From contig RQSC01000028.1 of NCBI GenBank assembly GCA_013416795.1, positions 27,571 to 46,409 of the forward strand: a DNA stretch of 18,839 nucleotides, in the 5' to 3' direction. How positions within the stretch are numbered: position 1 is the stretch's first letter; every line of letters starts with the position of its first letter. This DNA is from Prasinococcaceae sp. CCMP 1430. Taxonomy: Eukaryota; Plantae; Prasinodermophyta. Positions 17,918-18,839 of this stretch are shown in pieces. The position numbers were made by a program, and so were the translations under genes. The notes below the pieces were generated by a model. The model was not told the origin of the DNA. It did not search any database and saw nothing but the letters and a program-made list of their open reading frames with translations.

Positions 17918-18838
17918 TCAAGCTGCGGCCACGGCCTCCACAAGCTCATTGCCAACGATGTCGACGTCGGCCTCATCGTCGAAGGCATCAACGACCTCGA
18001 CTGCGTCGTCGTGGGCGTTAGCGCCGACGGGCGCGGGGCCGTCGTGCGCCTCGAGGATGTCCACCTTGACGATGAGGGTGTCGTCCACCAGGAAGCCATA
18101 GCGCGGATCGTTGACCTGTTGCAGCGACACGAACATGGTAAACCCCCAGTCGGGCTCGCGCGTGTTGAACTCGTGATGGGTCGATTTTTCGACAGTCGTG
18201 TCGGGGTCGCGCTGGTTGACGACGGCGAGCGTGAAGCGCGCGTAGCGACACCAGCTCGGAACGAGCTCCGCCGCGTCGGCCACGTCAAGGTACAGGCTCA
18301 GCCACTCGACGCGGTTGCCACGCGGGAAGAGGAGCAGGCGCCACGGGTGGCCGTGCACCGCGCGCGTGTCGCTGTACACCTTGCGCTCGGCCAGCTTCGA
18401 GAAGTTCGGGATGCGCCACCAGATGCTGCTCGTGCCGTGCGCATTCGCGAAGTGCAGCGTGTGCTTCCAGCTGCCCAGGCGGAGCACCTGCTTGTCCTTG
18501 TCCTGCTGGTGCCTGTCCTCGACGACGCGGCGGGCGGCCTCCTCGCAGAGCGTCATCTCCGCGGGGGGCACGGGCGACGAGGTCCCGCTGCCACTGCCGC
18601 CCGCGCTCGCCCTCGGCATGACCATGTGCTTCTCGGTCGCGAGGGGCGAGGTGAGCGCCAAGTGCGCGTGCGGGTGCGCGTGCGCCTTCTTGCCGCCCGC
18701 CTGACCGCCTCCCATGGTGCGCTGCGCCGCGGGCGTCCCGGGAGCCGTGCCAGACATGCTGCTGTTGCGCCTCTGCAGCGGCGAGCCGGGCGCCCGCGCG
18801 GCGCCGCCGACGCCGCCAACGCCGCCGACGGCGCCGCC
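17918..18838 (-). CDS. MATH/TRAF-domain protein with the domain near the C-terminus; probably 5'-partial
   Basis: WRIPNFSKL...YSD...GHPWRLLLFPRGN...LSLYLDV...FTLAVVNQ...HEFNTREPDWGF..FV...GFLVDDTLIV is a MATH domain resembling that of UBP12/13. The frame stays open upstream of ATG 18757 to the window edge. Confidence 0.88.
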   Translation of the reverse strand, partial: GGAVGGVGGVGGAARAPGSPLQRRNSSMSGTAPGTPAAQRTMGGGQAGGKKAHAHPHAHLALTSPLATEKHMVMPRASAGGSGSGTSSPVPPAEMTLCEEAARRVVEDRHQQDKDKQVLRLGSWKHTLHFANAHGTSSIWWRIPNFSKLAERKVYSDTRAVHGHPWRLLLFPRGNRVEWLSLYLDVADAAELVPSWCRYARFTLAVVNQRDPDTTVEKSTHHEFNTREPDWGFTMFVSLQQVNDPRYGFLVDDTLIVKVDILEAHDGPAPVGANAHDDAVEVVDAFDDEADVDIVGNELVEAVAAA

Positions 18839-18839
18839 G

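Overview
This is a GC-rich, gene-dense eukaryotic window, most likely a green alga of prasinophyte grade. That assignment is inferred from short GT-AG introns (most with a CTGAC branch point), TGTAA poly(A) signals and a limit dextrinase gene. There are three assembly gaps. Eight protein genes in order: (1) a 5'-truncated Ala-rich unknown (+, one intron); (2) a CML21/22-like 4-EF-hand protein with an N-terminal MGGCAS acylation motif (-); (3) a CLC anion transporter with CBS domains, a long tail and an apparent Tyr-cen to Asn change (+); (4) an unusual ~799-aa EF-hand / transmembrane / RRLL-RRIL / Cys-rich / Hedgehog-type Hint (Hog) protein (-, two exons); (5) pullulanase/limit dextrinase (-); (6) FAM192A/PSME3IP1 (NIP30)-like (-, two exons); (7) STR10-like rhodanese (+); (8) a MATH-domain protein running off the right edge (-). 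The best candidate for a new system is gene 4. It reads as a membrane-tethered, Ca2+-binding, self-cleaving precursor. Its Cys/Trp-rich cargo, between an RRRHLL site and the Hint Cys1, is encoded by a compositionally distinct low-GC segment that may be a swappable cassette. All homology calls are from motif recognition, not database searches.
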